A stretch of 64,000 nucleotides of DNA from an uncultured Clostridium sp. (GTDB lineage: Bacteria; Bacillota; Clostridia; TANB77; CAG-508): assembly GCA_930986425.1 (NCBI GenBank), contig CAKNJR010000003.1:43047-107046 (forward strand). Direction: 5' to 3'. The notes under the pieces were generated by a model. The model saw only the letters and a program-made list of their open reading frames with translations, did not search any database and was not told where the DNA came from. A program made the position numbers and the translations under genes. Below are positions 1-10,466 of this stretch, in pieces. Each line of letters opens with the position of its first letter. The first letter of the stretch is position 1.

Positions 1-1
1 C

Positions 2-571
2 TCACTAATAGTAGAACCGGGAACTCCACTAGAAAAAAAGATTGATTCAGGAGAATTAAAATTGCCAGATGAAGAAATAGAAAGATATATGTATTGGTTT
101 GCAAAGAGAAAACTTGAAGAAAACGGATACTTACACTATGAAATATCTAACTTTGCAAGACCAATGTTTAGGTCAAGACATAATATGGATTGCTGGAATC
201 AAAAAGAATATAAAGGATTTGGAGTTTCTGCAAGCTCATATGAAAACAGAGTTAGATATACTAATATATCTAATATAGAGCAATATATAAAAAATATAGA
301 AGAAGAAAAATTCGAAGAAAACTATATTGTTGAAGAAAAACAAGATAGAGAAGCAATGATGAAAGAATACATGCTTTTAGGTCTTAGAAAAATTACTGGA
401 GTAAGCATTAGTGAATTTAGAAAAAAGTTTGGCACAATTCCAGCATTTAAGTATAATAAGGAAATTACGAAACTGACAGAAGAAGGTTTAATAGAATCAA
501 ACGGACTTAGTATTAGACTAACAAAAAAAGGACTAGACTTAGCAAATTTGGTTTGGGAAGAATTTGTGTAA
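2..571 (+). CDS. hemW: HemW/HemN-like radical SAM protein, C-terminal part (5' truncated by window)
   Basis: Frame open from base 2 (SLIVEPGTPL); HYEISNFA, SRHN, EYMLLGLR, LTKKGL motifs. Confidence 0.8.
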   Translation, partial: SLIVEPGTPLEKKIDSGELKLPDEEIERYMYWFAKRKLEENGYLHYEISNFARPMFRSRHNMDCWNQKEYKGFGVSASSYENRVRYTNISNIEQYIKNIEEEKFEENYIVEEKQDREAMMKEYMLLGLRKITGVSISEFRKKFGTIPAFKYNKEITKLTEEGLIESNGLSIRLTKKGLDLANLVWEEFV

Positions 572-661
572 TTTTGTAACAAAAATGTAATATAATGGGG
601 ATTTATGTTAAACAAAAAAACTGCTTGACAAACATATAAAACATAGTGTATAATATATATC

Positions 662-740
662 TGTAAACCGCCTAAGTCGGGTAGCTAAATTCTAGCAGGT
701 AGCTAGATACCTTGCATTTATGCTTAGCGAGTATGAGAAC
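662..740 (+). promoter_or_regulatory. Putative L21 leader RNA downstream of a sigma-A promoter (TTGACA 625, TATAAT ~649)
   Basis: GC-richer structured leader directly upstream of rplU; position-based inference, boundaries approximate. Confidence 0.5.
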
Positions 741-761
741 GGAGGAGGTGCTAAGAGCCCT

Positions 762-1079
762 ATGTACGCAATAATAGAAAGTTGTGGAAAACAATACAAA
801 GTATCAGAAGGAGATGTAGTTTACTTCGAAAAATTAGATACAGAAGAAGGAAAAAAAGTTACATTTGATAACGTAGTACTTGTATCTGATGACAAAAACG
901 TAAAAGTTGGAACTCCTTATGTAAAAGGTTGTAAAGTTGAAGGAACTGTAGTAGCTCATGGTAAAGGAAAGAAAATAATCGTTTACAAATACAAAGCAAA
1001 GAAAAACTACAGAAGAACACAAGGACATAGACAACCATATACTAAGGTTGAAATAAAATCAATCAAAGTAGCTGAATAA
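762..1079 (+). CDS. rplU: 50S ribosomal protein L21
   Basis: [14 protein letters not shown]...GHRQPYT; GGAGG upstream of ATG 762. Confidence 0.97.
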   Translation: MYAIIESCGKQYKVSEGDVVYFEKLDTEEGKKVTFDNVVLVSDDKNVKVGTPYVKGCKVEGTVVAHGKGKKIIVYKYKAKKNYRRTQGHRQPYTKVEIKSIKVAE

Positions 1080-1164
1080 TTTTGAATTAAGAATTTTATT
1101 AAATGGCAAAACGAACTTAGCCATTAAAAACTAAAAATCAGATTTTAAAGGTAGGTGAGAACAC

Positions 1165-1506
1165 ATGGCACATCATAAAGGTCAAGGTAGTACCGATAAC
1201 GGAAGAGATAGCGAGTCAAAGAGATTAGGTATAAAGAGAGCTGATGGTCAATTAGTAAATGCAGGAAACATTTTATTCAGACAAAGAGGAACAAAAATGC
1301 ATCCAGGAACTAATGTTGGAATCGGAAGCGATGACACTTTATATGCAAAAATTACCGGTATAATGAAAGTTGAAAGATTAGGAAAAGATAAAAAGAAAAT
1401 AAGCGTTTATCCTGAAGCACAGGTAAAAGCTGCTAAAGTTGAAAAAAATGAAAAACCAGCTAAAGAAGCAAAAACTTCAAAAGCTAAAACAGCAAAAAAA
1501 GCTTAG
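1165..1506 (+). CDS. rpmA: 50S ribosomal protein L27 with Lys/Ala-rich C-terminal tail
   Basis: [22 protein letters not shown]...[10 protein letters not shown]. Confidence 0.96.
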   Translation: MAHHKGQGSTDNGRDSESKRLGIKRADGQLVNAGNILFRQRGTKMHPGTNVGIGSDDTLYAKITGIMKVERLGKDKKKISVYPEAQVKAAKVEKNEKPAKEAKTSKAKTAKKA

Positions 1507-1540
1507 TAATTTCCTAAATAAAAAATTATATTAAATAATA

Positions 1541-1576
1541 AAAATAGAAGCATGGAAACATAGCTTCTATTTTTTT
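1541..1576 (+). terminator. Intrinsic terminator of rplU-rpmA
   Basis: aaaatagaagc...gcttctatttttttt. Confidence 0.75.
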
Positions 1577-1678
1577 GCAATGTTCGTCATTTGTAATAAA
1601 TATGTAATATAAAATTTGTTGAAAAGTTGTATAAGATATTATATAATAATACAAAATAATAACTAATGAAGGTTTTAT

Positions 1679-3070
1679 ATGAAAAAGATAGATATAGAAA
1701 AGTATAGAAAGAAAAAAGAAGAATATGATAAAAAAATACTTGAGTTAGACTATAAAGTTGTCGAAAAGTCAGTTCAACTATACAATGCGAAAAGTGCTAA
1801 CAATGAAGAGCTAAGAGACAATAGAAAAGTAGAAGACTTAAGTTATGAAATAAATAAATTAGAAGAAGAAAAGAAAAAACAAACCGAAACAATATGGAAT
1901 AACATAAAAGAATTAAAAAGTGAAACAAAAAACATTATAGAAACTAAACTAAAGCAAGGACAAAACACAGATAAAGAACAATTAATTACCTCATTATTTA
2001 TTATAAACAAAATAACAGATGTATATTTTAACATAGATGAATTGCAAAATTTATTATACTTATTTGACACAGACGTAAATAGTGAAAACCCACAATATAT
2101 CAGTTCAGAAAAAACAAATCAATATATAAATTCTCAAAACGTAACCATAGCAAATAATTTACAACCTAATATCATACATGGAAATAATATTCCAAGCGCA
2201 AACTATAAAACAAAAGTCTTTGACATTAAAGAAGAGCGAATTATAGATTTTGAAAACCTATTAAATGTTATAAATGAATTATCAGAAAATTATAGGAGAG
2301 ATGTAAGTAATTCACTAGATAGATTTATAAACAATTATAATCTTGTCAATAATTCAGAATACTTAAAAGTAGATTTTGATAATATAACTAATAATTATAA
2401 TGAAATATATAAATCAAATCTAGCCAAATTTCAAAAAGATGAAAACATAGAAAACTTAAAAAATAGAATAAAAAAGTCAAGCGAAAATGAAAACGACATA
2501 AACAAAAAGATTCAAGACAATAATTTGCAAATTCAAGATAAAGAAAGAAAAATACAAGAACTACAAAATGTATATTTTGTAAGCGGATATGCAAAAAAAA
2601 TCTTAGCACAAGTAATAGAAGGCGAAGCAAATATAGAAAACACTATTTTAAATAAAGAAGAAAAGCCAGATGATACATTTAATAAAATAAAAGATTTAGC
2701 ATATAATAAAAGACTAAAACATATTGTAAATGTAAGCAATTGGACAAAAGGTTTAGAAGAAAAATTAAATAATTATAAATTAAAAGAAAATGATTTTCAA
2801 TTTGTAATTTACTTAATTAGACAAACTCAGAATATATGCAATGCAAATTTTGAACAAGTTGCAAATTTAATAATACAATTATGTGATATAAATATACAAT
2901 TAGAAGCAGTAGAAACTGTAGAAAAAAGCAAAAATAAAAAATTACAAAATTATATAAATACAAATAATATCTTATCTCAAGGAATAGATGCCATAAAGAG
3001 AAAATATTCAAGAATACCTTTTATAGGCAGAAAAGTAGGAGAGATATTAAATGCAAAAATGTTAAATTAA
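1679..3070 (+). CDS. Hypothetical coiled-coil protein (463 aa)
   Basis: Long K/E/N-rich ORF, no recognisable motif. Confidence 0.7.
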   Translation: MKKIDIEKYRKKKEEYDKKILELDYKVVEKSVQLYNAKSANNEELRDNRKVEDLSYEINKLEEEKKKQTETIWNNIKELKSETKNIIETKLKQGQNTDKEQLITSLFIINKITDVYFNIDELQNLLYLFDTDVNSENPQYISSEKTNQYINSQNVTIANNLQPNIIHGNNIPSANYKTKVFDIKEERIIDFENLLNVINELSENYRRDVSNSLDRFINNYNLVNNSEYLKVDFDNITNNYNEIYKSNLAKFQKDENIENLKNRIKKSSENENDINKKIQDNNLQIQDKERKIQELQNVYFVSGYAKKILAQVIEGEANIENTILNKEEKPDDTFNKIKDLAYNKRLKHIVNVSNWTKGLEEKLNNYKLKENDFQFVIYLIRQTQNICNANFEQVANLIIQLCDINIQLEAVETVEKSKNKKLQNYINTNNILSQGIDAIKRKYSRIPFIGRKVGEILNAKMLN

Positions 3071-3153
3071 AAATATAAAACTCATTATGAAAATATGTAA
3101 AATTTAATAAGCACCTTTATGTTAGGGTTTAAATACTAACATAAAGGTGTTTT

Positions 3154-5628
3154 TTATACATTTTTATATAAATTGCCATAAGTAAATTCTTGAGATGAAA
3201 ATGTTTTTCCTGCTCTTACAGTATCAATAGCAGTATTAATTTCATCAATATTTTCATCAAGAATACTTATTCTTACAGATGTTGGATTAATATTAGTGTA
3301 AGGGATAGAAGTGATTTTACTATTATAAATTGTAGAAACAGTTTGAATATTATCAGGAATAACCCTAAATTTATATCCAAGTCTATCTTTTAAATAATAT
3401 TTAGAATTATTTTTACAATTCATTGTACATTGAGGGTAGCATTTATTAGATTTTCCTAATACACAATATCCCATATTCATTACAGGTAAATTTCCATAAA
3501 CCATAAGCTCAGTAGGAAGTATAGAATTTTTACATAAATTAGATAAAGACATTTCATCTAACTCTGGTGAAACAGTAATCATATTAAAACCATATGAGCT
3601 CAATTCTTTAATAGTATATTTATTAAATACATTTAAAGTGTAATTACCAATTAAATCAAGCTTGCCAATGTATTGGCTCAAAGAATGTATGCTTGCTAAA
3701 TTTGAGGTAACTATTCCTTTAACATTAAAAGTCTCAATATATTTGTCTAAACTATTATAAATAATATTTCTATAATTATCTTTAACAATTGTAGGCATAT
3801 AAATATATAAATTACTATTAGCAGATAATAAAGTTAAAATATCTTTTAAATCTTTCTGTCTAAAGAATTTTAAAGGCACATAAATTCTATCTACATTATG
3901 AAGTTTACTATAATCATAAGATAAGTTAATATCATTCAATAACAAGCTTATACCACTATGCTTGTTATATAAATCATTATTAGCAGAAGGTTGGTCTCCG
4001 TTTGAAAAGGTAGAATTAGTTGAAGAAACTGATTCTGTGTTATTTTCAACTGTAATTGAATCTGTGCTATCATGTAAAATAGTGGTGCGTTCGAATTTTT
4101 GAATAGCAAGATTTTCTAATTCCTGAAGACAATCTCTTCTTAAAGAATTTATGGCAGATATTTTAGGCAAATATGTATTATCATCTAATACAACATCAAT
4201 TTTAGTAAATTCAAATGGAGTATCAGTTGTTTTAGACAATTGCTCTATAACTCTATCTTTAGATATAGGATTACTAATTGCCTCAATAGGAGAGAGTTCA
4301 ATTGTTTTACTAACACTCATTGCAGAATAAATTCCATCATCTAACGAAGTAACTTCAAGAGTTACAGGTTCGCCTTTTTTAATAGTTATTTTGCAAGATA
4401 GAGGAGCTTTTTTATTTTCAGCATTATAATATTCTTTTATACTCTTAGTTAAAGATTTACTGCTAAGTTTATATATTTTATCGCCAAGTGAAATATTACC
4501 TTTCATCCTGCCAATAGTTATAGTATCACCCTTTAAAGCTTGAACTATATTTTGCTTATTTTTCATAAGTTCAGTTACGGTGTATTTGTGAGCTTCCTTT
4601 TCCAATGAAATACTATCGCCAATACTTAGAGTTTCAGAAGTATTAAATGTGATGAGTCCTTTATTTTTATTAAATGAAGAAACATTACCGACATATAACC
4701 CCATATTATTAGGCTTTTCCTTGTATACATAGTCTAGATTCTCTTCATCACTTAAATTTCCAGTTGAAAATCCACCTCTGTTAAAAACTTGCATTAATCT
4801 TTTTACATCATTGTCATCAACCTTATAATCTTCTCCACTTAATGCTAAATCAATATATTTTCTGTATACACTTGTAACAACTGCAACATATTCAGGAGTT
4901 TTCATTCTTCCTTCGATTTTAAAAGAAGTAACACCAGCCTTAATCAAATCAGGTATGTATTTTAAAGAGCATAAATCTCTAGGGCTTAGTAAATATCCTT
5001 TATCTAAAACTTTATTATGAGAATCAACAAGCTCATAAGGAAGTCTACAAGGTTGAGCACATCTACCTCTATTGCCAGACCTAGCACCAATTGTGCTTGA
5101 AAGTAAACACTGACCTGAATAAGAAATACAAAGAGCGCCATGTGCGAACACTTCAATTTCTACATTAGAATTGTTGCAAATATATTCGATTTCAGATAAA
5201 CTTAACTCCCTAGAAAGAACCACTCTTTTAAATCCCATTTTTTCTAATGCAAGAACACCTTGTAAATTATGTATTGTCATTTGAGTACTGCCATGAACGT
5301 CCATCCCAGGCATATTATTAATTATATATTTAGCTAGTCCTAAATCTTGAACAATAATCGCATCAGCACCTAATGAGTAAACATATTCAGCAAGTTTTAC
5401 AGCATCTTCAAATTCATCATCCTTAACTAAAGTATTAAGTGCAAAATTTATTTTTACATTTCTAAGCTTAGCATACCTAATTGCTTTTTTTAAACTATCA
5501 TTATCAAAGTTTGAAGCAGAAGCTCTTGCATTAAATGCGCTTCCACCTAAATATACGCTATCAGCACCATTTTGTACTGCTGCTTGTAAACATTCAAAAT
5601 CTCCTACTGGAGATAAAAGTTCAACCAT
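3154..5628 (-). CDS. U32 family peptidase / RNA hydroxylase-like (RlhA-type, DUF3656)
   Basis: ELLSPVG, GADSVYLG, HGALCISYSGQC, RGRCAQPCR, KIEGRMK. Confidence 0.9.
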   Translation of the reverse strand: MVELLSPVGDFECLQAAVQNGADSVYLGGSAFNARASASNFDNDSLKKAIRYAKLRNVKINFALNTLVKDDEFEDAVKLAEYVYSLGADAIIVQDLGLAKYIINNMPGMDVHGSTQMTIHNLQGVLALEKMGFKRVVLSRELSLSEIEYICNNSNVEIEVFAHGALCISYSGQCLLSSTIGARSGNRGRCAQPCRLPYELVDSHNKVLDKGYLLSPRDLCSLKYIPDLIKAGVTSFKIEGRMKTPEYVAVVTSVYRKYIDLALSGEDYKVDDNDVKRLMQVFNRGGFSTGNLSDEENLDYVYKEKPNNMGLYVGNVSSFNKNKGLITFNTSETLSIGDSISLEKEAHKYTVTELMKNKQNIVQALKGDTITIGRMKGNISLGDKIYKLSSKSLTKSIKEYYNAENKKAPLSCKITIKKGEPVTLEVTSLDDGIYSAMSVSKTIELSPIEAISNPISKDRVIEQLSKTTDTPFEFTKIDVVLDDNTYLPKISAINSLRRDCLQELENLAIQKFERTTILHDSTDSITVENNTESVSSTNSTFSNGDQPSANNDLYNKHSGISLLLNDINLSYDYSKLHNVDRIYVPLKFFRQKDLKDILTLLSANSNLYIYMPTIVKDNYRNIIYNSLDKYIETFNVKGIVTSNLASIHSLSQYIGKLDLIGNYTLNVFNKYTIKELSSYGFNMITVSPELDEMSLSNLCKNSILPTELMVYGNLPVMNMGYCVLGKSNKCYPQCTMNCKNNSKYYLKDRLGYKFRVIPDNIQTVSTIYNSKITSIPYTNINPTSVRISILDENIDEINTAIDTVRAGKTFSSQEFTYGNLYKNV

Positions 5629-5784
5629 AATTAAATTCCTTTCTTTTTACCACAAATATTGTAACATATTTTTATCAAAAAGCATACTATATGATATAAA
5701 AAAGATTAAGTGAATAAAAGAAAATTTACGTATTTCTACATAGTGAAAATTATAAGCTTTATTTACTTAGAAAGTGAGGATTAT

Positions 5785-5925
5785 ATGAATGATGGACTAA
5801 ATAGTTGTTGTTGCAACAATAATGGACTTTTTAGAAGCGGAGGAAGTAATTCGGAAATATTGTTATTTCTAGTTGTATTTTTACTATTATTTACAAATTT
5901 CGGATGTTGTGGGTGTGGAAACTAA
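5785..5925 (+). CDS. Small Cys-rich single-TM protein, possibly spore-associated
   Basis: SD GAGG; CCC...ILLFLVVFLLLF...GCCGCG. Confidence 0.55.
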   Translation: MNDGLNSCCCNNNGLFRSGGSNSEILLFLVVFLLLFTNFGCCGCGN

Positions 5926-6009
5926 AATCCACACCAGTTGTTTTACATAACAAACTAAATATGATATAATAAAACTACTTTGTGCAAAACGATATAAAAG
6001 GAGAATAAA

Positions 6010-6918
6010 TTGGAAAGATATAAACATCTAAATACATATTTAAAAGAAAAATTCGGAGAAAGAACTCTAAAAATACCTGTTGACGGAGGTTTTACTTGCC
6101 CTAATAGAGATGGAAAAGTAGGGTATGGAGGATGCATCTTTTGTACAGAAAGGGGTTCAGGTGAACACTTAAAAACAATGCCAATCCCAATTCAAATAAA
6201 AGAACATTTGGAAAGTTATAGAGGAAAAAGAGCTAATAAATTTATAGTATATTTTCAAAACTTTACAAATACTTACGACACAATAGAAAATTTAAAAGTA
6301 AAATATGACAGTAGCTTAATTGATGATAGAATTGTTGGAATAGATATTGCAACAAGGCCGGATTGCATAAGTGAAGAAGTTTGTCAATTATTGCAAAGCT
6401 ATTCAAAAATAAAGCAAAAAGTCGTAACAGTAGAGTTAGGGCTACAAACCAGCAATGAAAAAATAGCAAAACAAATTAATAGAGGATATAGTTTAGATGT
6501 ATTTACGAATGCAGTAAAATTATTAAACAACTACAATGTTGAAGTGGTAGTACACATGATGATTGGGCTGCCTAATGAAACCATGCAAGATATAGAAAAT
6601 ACCGTTAAATACATTAATAGTTTAAATATACAAGGAATAAAAATACATTCAACATATGTTGCTAAAGGAACAGTACTAGAAAAAATGTATAAAGAAGGAA
6701 AATATGAACCATTAACATTAGAAGAATATTTGGATAAGCTTTTATATGTAATAACTCATTTAAGACAAGATATAATAATTCACAGAATTTCAGGTGATGC
6801 ACCAAAAGATTTATTAGTTGCACCAGACTGGAATTTTCATAAAAAATGGGTGTTAAATGGATTAGATAAAATGATGAGAAAGCAAAATAGATTTCAAGGA
6901 GATACAAAAATTTTATAG
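6010..6918 (+). CDS. TIGR01212 (YhcC/YtqA) family radical SAM protein
   Basis: GGFTCPNRDG...GGCIFC, ATRPDC, ELGLQT. Confidence 0.92.
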   Translation: MERYKHLNTYLKEKFGERTLKIPVDGGFTCPNRDGKVGYGGCIFCTERGSGEHLKTMPIPIQIKEHLESYRGKRANKFIVYFQNFTNTYDTIENLKVKYDSSLIDDRIVGIDIATRPDCISEEVCQLLQSYSKIKQKVVTVELGLQTSNEKIAKQINRGYSLDVFTNAVKLLNNYNVEVVVHMMIGLPNETMQDIENTVKYINSLNIQGIKIHSTYVAKGTVLEKMYKEGKYEPLTLEEYLDKLLYVITHLRQDIIIHRISGDAPKDLLVAPDWNFHKKWVLNGLDKMMRKQNRFQGDTKIL

Positions 6919-7018
6919 TTTTTTCATAAATCATTTGACAAATGATTTTAGTTATAAGATAATATAGCTAGACAAAAACTAAAGAGCAAAAAATGAAATT
7001 ACCAAGGAGGAAAATAAA

Positions 7019-9598
7019 ATGGCTTTTGTATTTAATAAAATCACAGTAAGGCCTCAACTACCAAAGAGAATAGCAAAATTATATGATATATCATATAACT
7101 TGTGGTGGTCTTGGAACACAGAATTTTTGAAATTATTTAAATTATTAGATATAGATTTATGGGAAAAAGTAGGGAAAAATCCTGTCAAATTCCTAAGAAT
7201 GGTATCACAAGAAAAACTAGAAGAAGCAACAAAAAATGCAGAATTCTTAAAAGAATATGATAAAGTTGTTAAAGATTTTGATGATTATATGGGAAGTAAA
7301 GAAACATGGTTCAAAAAGAAATTTCCAGACAACACAAATGACTTAATAGCTTATTTTTCTGCTGAATATGGACTAGATGAAACAATTCCAATATATTCAG
7401 GAGGACTTGGAATTCTTTCAGGCGACCATATGAAATCTAGTAGTGATATGGGTATTCCATTAGTAGGAATAGGACTTTTATATAAAAGTGGATATTTCCA
7501 TCAAAAGATAAATGGATATGGTCAACAAGAAACTGAATATCATGCAATAGATATATCACTTTTACCTTTAACAGCAGTTAAAGACCATGAAGGAAAAGAC
7601 TTATTAATATATATAAAATTTCCTAAGAAAAAAATATATTTAAAAGCATGGCAAATTAAAGTAGGTAGAAATACACTTTACTTATTAGATTCTGATATAG
7701 ATGAAAACATACCTGAATATAGAACTGTTACTTCAACTCTATATGGTGGAGACCAAGAAATGAGAATAATGCAAGAAATAGTTCTAGGCATGGGTGGAGT
7801 AAATCTTTTATACACTTTAGGATTGAAACCTACTGTATACCATATGAATGAAGGACATTCATCATTTTTAACAATTGAACTTATAAAAAATATGATGAAA
7901 TATAAAGAAGTTTCATTTGAAATAGCAAAAGATATAGTATCTTCAATGACAGTATTTACAACACATACTCCTGTACCAGCAGGAAATGATATATTCCCAC
8001 TAAGCCTAGTAGAAAAATATTTTGATGGATATTGGGAAAGATTAGGACTAACTAAAGAAGAATTCTTTAGATTAGGAATGGAACCAGATGCAGATATTAA
8101 TAAATCTGGATTTGATATGGGAATATTAGCACTTAAAATAGCTGGAAAGAAAAATGGTGTTAGTAAATTACACGGAGCTGTATCAAGAGAATTATTCTCT
8201 AAAGTATGGCCAGATATTCCATCAAATGAATCTCCAATTGAATATGTAACAAATGGTGTACATACATGTTCATGGCTTGCACCAACAATAAAAGACTTAT
8301 ACAATAAATACTTAGAGCCATATTGGCAAGATAATATTCAAGATGATAATATTTGGAAAGAAATTGAAAATATCCCTGATGAAGAATTATGGAGAGTACA
8401 TCAATCAAGAAAAGAAAAATTATTAAAAATAGTTAAAAACTCTACAATAGAAAGACTTAGAAGATATAATTATGCATATGATGATATAGAGCAAATGGTA
8501 GGAAAACTTGACCCTAATATTCTTACAATTGGATTTGCTAGAAGATTTGCAACATACAAAAGAGCAACATTAATATTCAGAGACTTAGAAAGAATAACTC
8601 AAATATTTAATGAAAAAAATATGCCAGTTCAAATTATATTTGCTGGTAAAGCACATCCAAGTGATAAAGAAGGACAAGATTTAATAAGATTTATACATGA
8701 CATATCATTAAAACCACAATTTAAAGGAAAAGTATTCATATTAGAAAATTACAATATAGGAATGTCAAGATATCTAATTTCTGGTGTAGACGTATGGCTA
8801 AACAATCCAAGAAGACCACTAGAGGCATCAGGAACTAGTGGACAAAAAGCAGCAATAAATGGAGTTATAAACTTTAGTGTACTTGATGGTTGGTGGGCTG
8901 AAGGATATAACCAAAAAAACGGCTGGACAATTGGTACAAATGCAAAATACCAAAGCTATGAAGCACAAGATGATGCAGACAGCAGAAGTATGTATGATAC
9001 ATTAGAAAACAAAATAATTCCAATGTATTATGACAAAAATGAAAAAGGCTATTCAGATACATGGCTAAGAATAATGAAAAATACAATAGAATCAAATGCA
9101 GGAAGATTCAGTACAGCCAGAATGCTTGAAGATTATACAACTAAACTTTATATGCCATTATGCAATCTTCATAACAAATATTATACAGATTTAGCAAAAG
9201 TTTCTAGATATAATGAATGGAAAGAAAAACTATACAGCAACTGGGATGATATAAAAATAAGACAAGATAAAAATAATTATGATGATATCACAGTTGATGC
9301 AGGTAATAAAATAGAAGTAAGTTGCTATGTAAAACTACCAAATGACTTAATAAAAATCGAAAATATAGAAGCACAAGTTTATTATGGAAAAATTACTGAT
9401 GAAGGTGTAGTAGATGACATAAATGTAATTCCAATGAAAATGGTAGAAGAAGATACAGACAACTTAGAATATAAATTTACTGCAAAAGTAGAGTTGAAAT
9501 CAGGCGGAGACTATGGATATACATTTAGAGTAATTCCAAAGAATAAAATGATACTAAATCCAATGAATCTAGATTTAATAAAATGGATAACAGAATAA
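7019..9598 (+). CDS. glgP: Alpha-glucan (glycogen) phosphorylase
   Basis: YSGGLGILSGD, NEGH, FARRFATYKR, EASGTSGQK PLP motif. Confidence 0.95.
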   Translation: MAFVFNKITVRPQLPKRIAKLYDISYNLWWSWNTEFLKLFKLLDIDLWEKVGKNPVKFLRMVSQEKLEEATKNAEFLKEYDKVVKDFDDYMGSKETWFKKKFPDNTNDLIAYFSAEYGLDETIPIYSGGLGILSGDHMKSSSDMGIPLVGIGLLYKSGYFHQKINGYGQQETEYHAIDISLLPLTAVKDHEGKDLLIYIKFPKKKIYLKAWQIKVGRNTLYLLDSDIDENIPEYRTVTSTLYGGDQEMRIMQEIVLGMGGVNLLYTLGLKPTVYHMNEGHSSFLTIELIKNMMKYKEVSFEIAKDIVSSMTVFTTHTPVPAGNDIFPLSLVEKYFDGYWERLGLTKEEFFRLGMEPDADINKSGFDMGILALKIAGKKNGVSKLHGAVSRELFSKVWPDIPSNESPIEYVTNGVHTCSWLAPTIKDLYNKYLEPYWQDNIQDDNIWKEIENIPDEELWRVHQSRKEKLLKIVKNSTIERLRRYNYAYDDIEQMVGKLDPNILTIGFARRFATYKRATLIFRDLERITQIFNEKNMPVQIIFAGKAHPSDKEGQDLIRFIHDISLKPQFKGKVFILENYNIGMSRYLISGVDVWLNNPRRPLEASGTSGQKAAINGVINFSVLDGWWAEGYNQKNGWTIGTNAKYQSYEAQDDADSRSMYDTLENKIIPMYYDKNEKGYSDTWLRIMKNTIESNAGRFSTARMLEDYTTKLYMPLCNLHNKYYTDLAKVSRYNEWKEKLYSNWDDIKIRQDKNNYDDITVDAGNKIEVSCYVKLPNDLIKIENIEAQVYYGKITDEGVVDDINVIPMKMVEEDTDNLEYKFTAKVELKSGGDYGYTFRVIPKNKMILNPMNLDLIKWITE

Positions 9599-9669
9599 AA
9601 AAGAGGGAGTTCCCTCTTTTTATGTACTTTTTTCAATTGGGGACGGACCTTTTTTGAAAATTCTCAGGT

Positions 9670-10161
9670 TTAGTAGCTTATTTTCCCATTTAGCAAATCA
9701 TCATTTTGAATCCAATCAGAAACATCAATCTTTTCATAATTAGTTTTATCAATTCTAACATAAACATGTTTAATACCAGAATTAATTATAAGTTTTCTAC
9801 ACATTTGGCAAGGAGAAGCACCTTCTTCATAAACTCCAGTATCTTTTCTTACACCAACTAAATATAAATCACTATCTATCATATCTTTTCTAGAGCTGCT
9901 AAGCATAGCATTTTGTTCAGCATGAACACTTCTACAAGCATCATAACCACTATGTCTGACATCTGGAAAAATCTTCTTTTTTGTACAATAACCCAAATCA
10001 ATACAATTAGCCCTTCCTCTTGGAGCTCCTGTATATCCGGTTGCAATTATTTCGTCATGCTTAACTATAATGGCTCCAAAATTTTTACGAAGGCAAGTAC
10101 CTCTTTCAGAAATAGTTTCTGCAATATCTAAATAATAATTAATTTTATCAACACGCTCCAT
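9670..10161 (-). CDS. dCMP deaminase / ComEB family
   Basis: HAEQNA and PCQMC zinc motifs. Confidence 0.88.
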   Translation of the reverse strand: MERVDKINYYLDIAETISERGTCLRKNFGAIIVKHDEIIATGYTGAPRGRANCIDLGYCTKKKIFPDVRHSGYDACRSVHAEQNAMLSSSRKDMIDSDLYLVGVRKDTGVYEEGASPCQMCRKLIINSGIKHVYVRIDKTNYEKIDVSDWIQNDDLLNGKISY

Positions 10162-10466
10162 AAATTAACTCCTTATATTATTTTTACTAATTCCCATTTT
10201 AACAGAATAACATAAAATAATCAATTACTAAGTACAAAAATAAAGTTTGTCAACCCAATGTACATAAAGGAAATAAAGAATTTTTTTGAAAATTTCACCA
10301 CAAAAAAGTAATAAAATGGTTGAACTTGGGTAAAAATAGTGATATAATAGTTACGCTAAAAAATGGGGAAAACCTAAAAAGTAGATAATATTTTTATTTT
10401 GAATTCTCAATTTGCAGAATGTAAATTAAAATAGTTATCATAAAATTTATGAAAGGAAGTAATAAA

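Noticed and set aside
720-761. N-terminal extension of L21
   Set aside because: The SD and conserved start indicate ATG 762; the upstream sequence is leader RNA
7678-8304. Long antisense ORFs (also 24813-25337, 50554-51228, 63640-63984 and others)
   Set aside because: Shadows of well-conserved sense genes; no motifs or RBS
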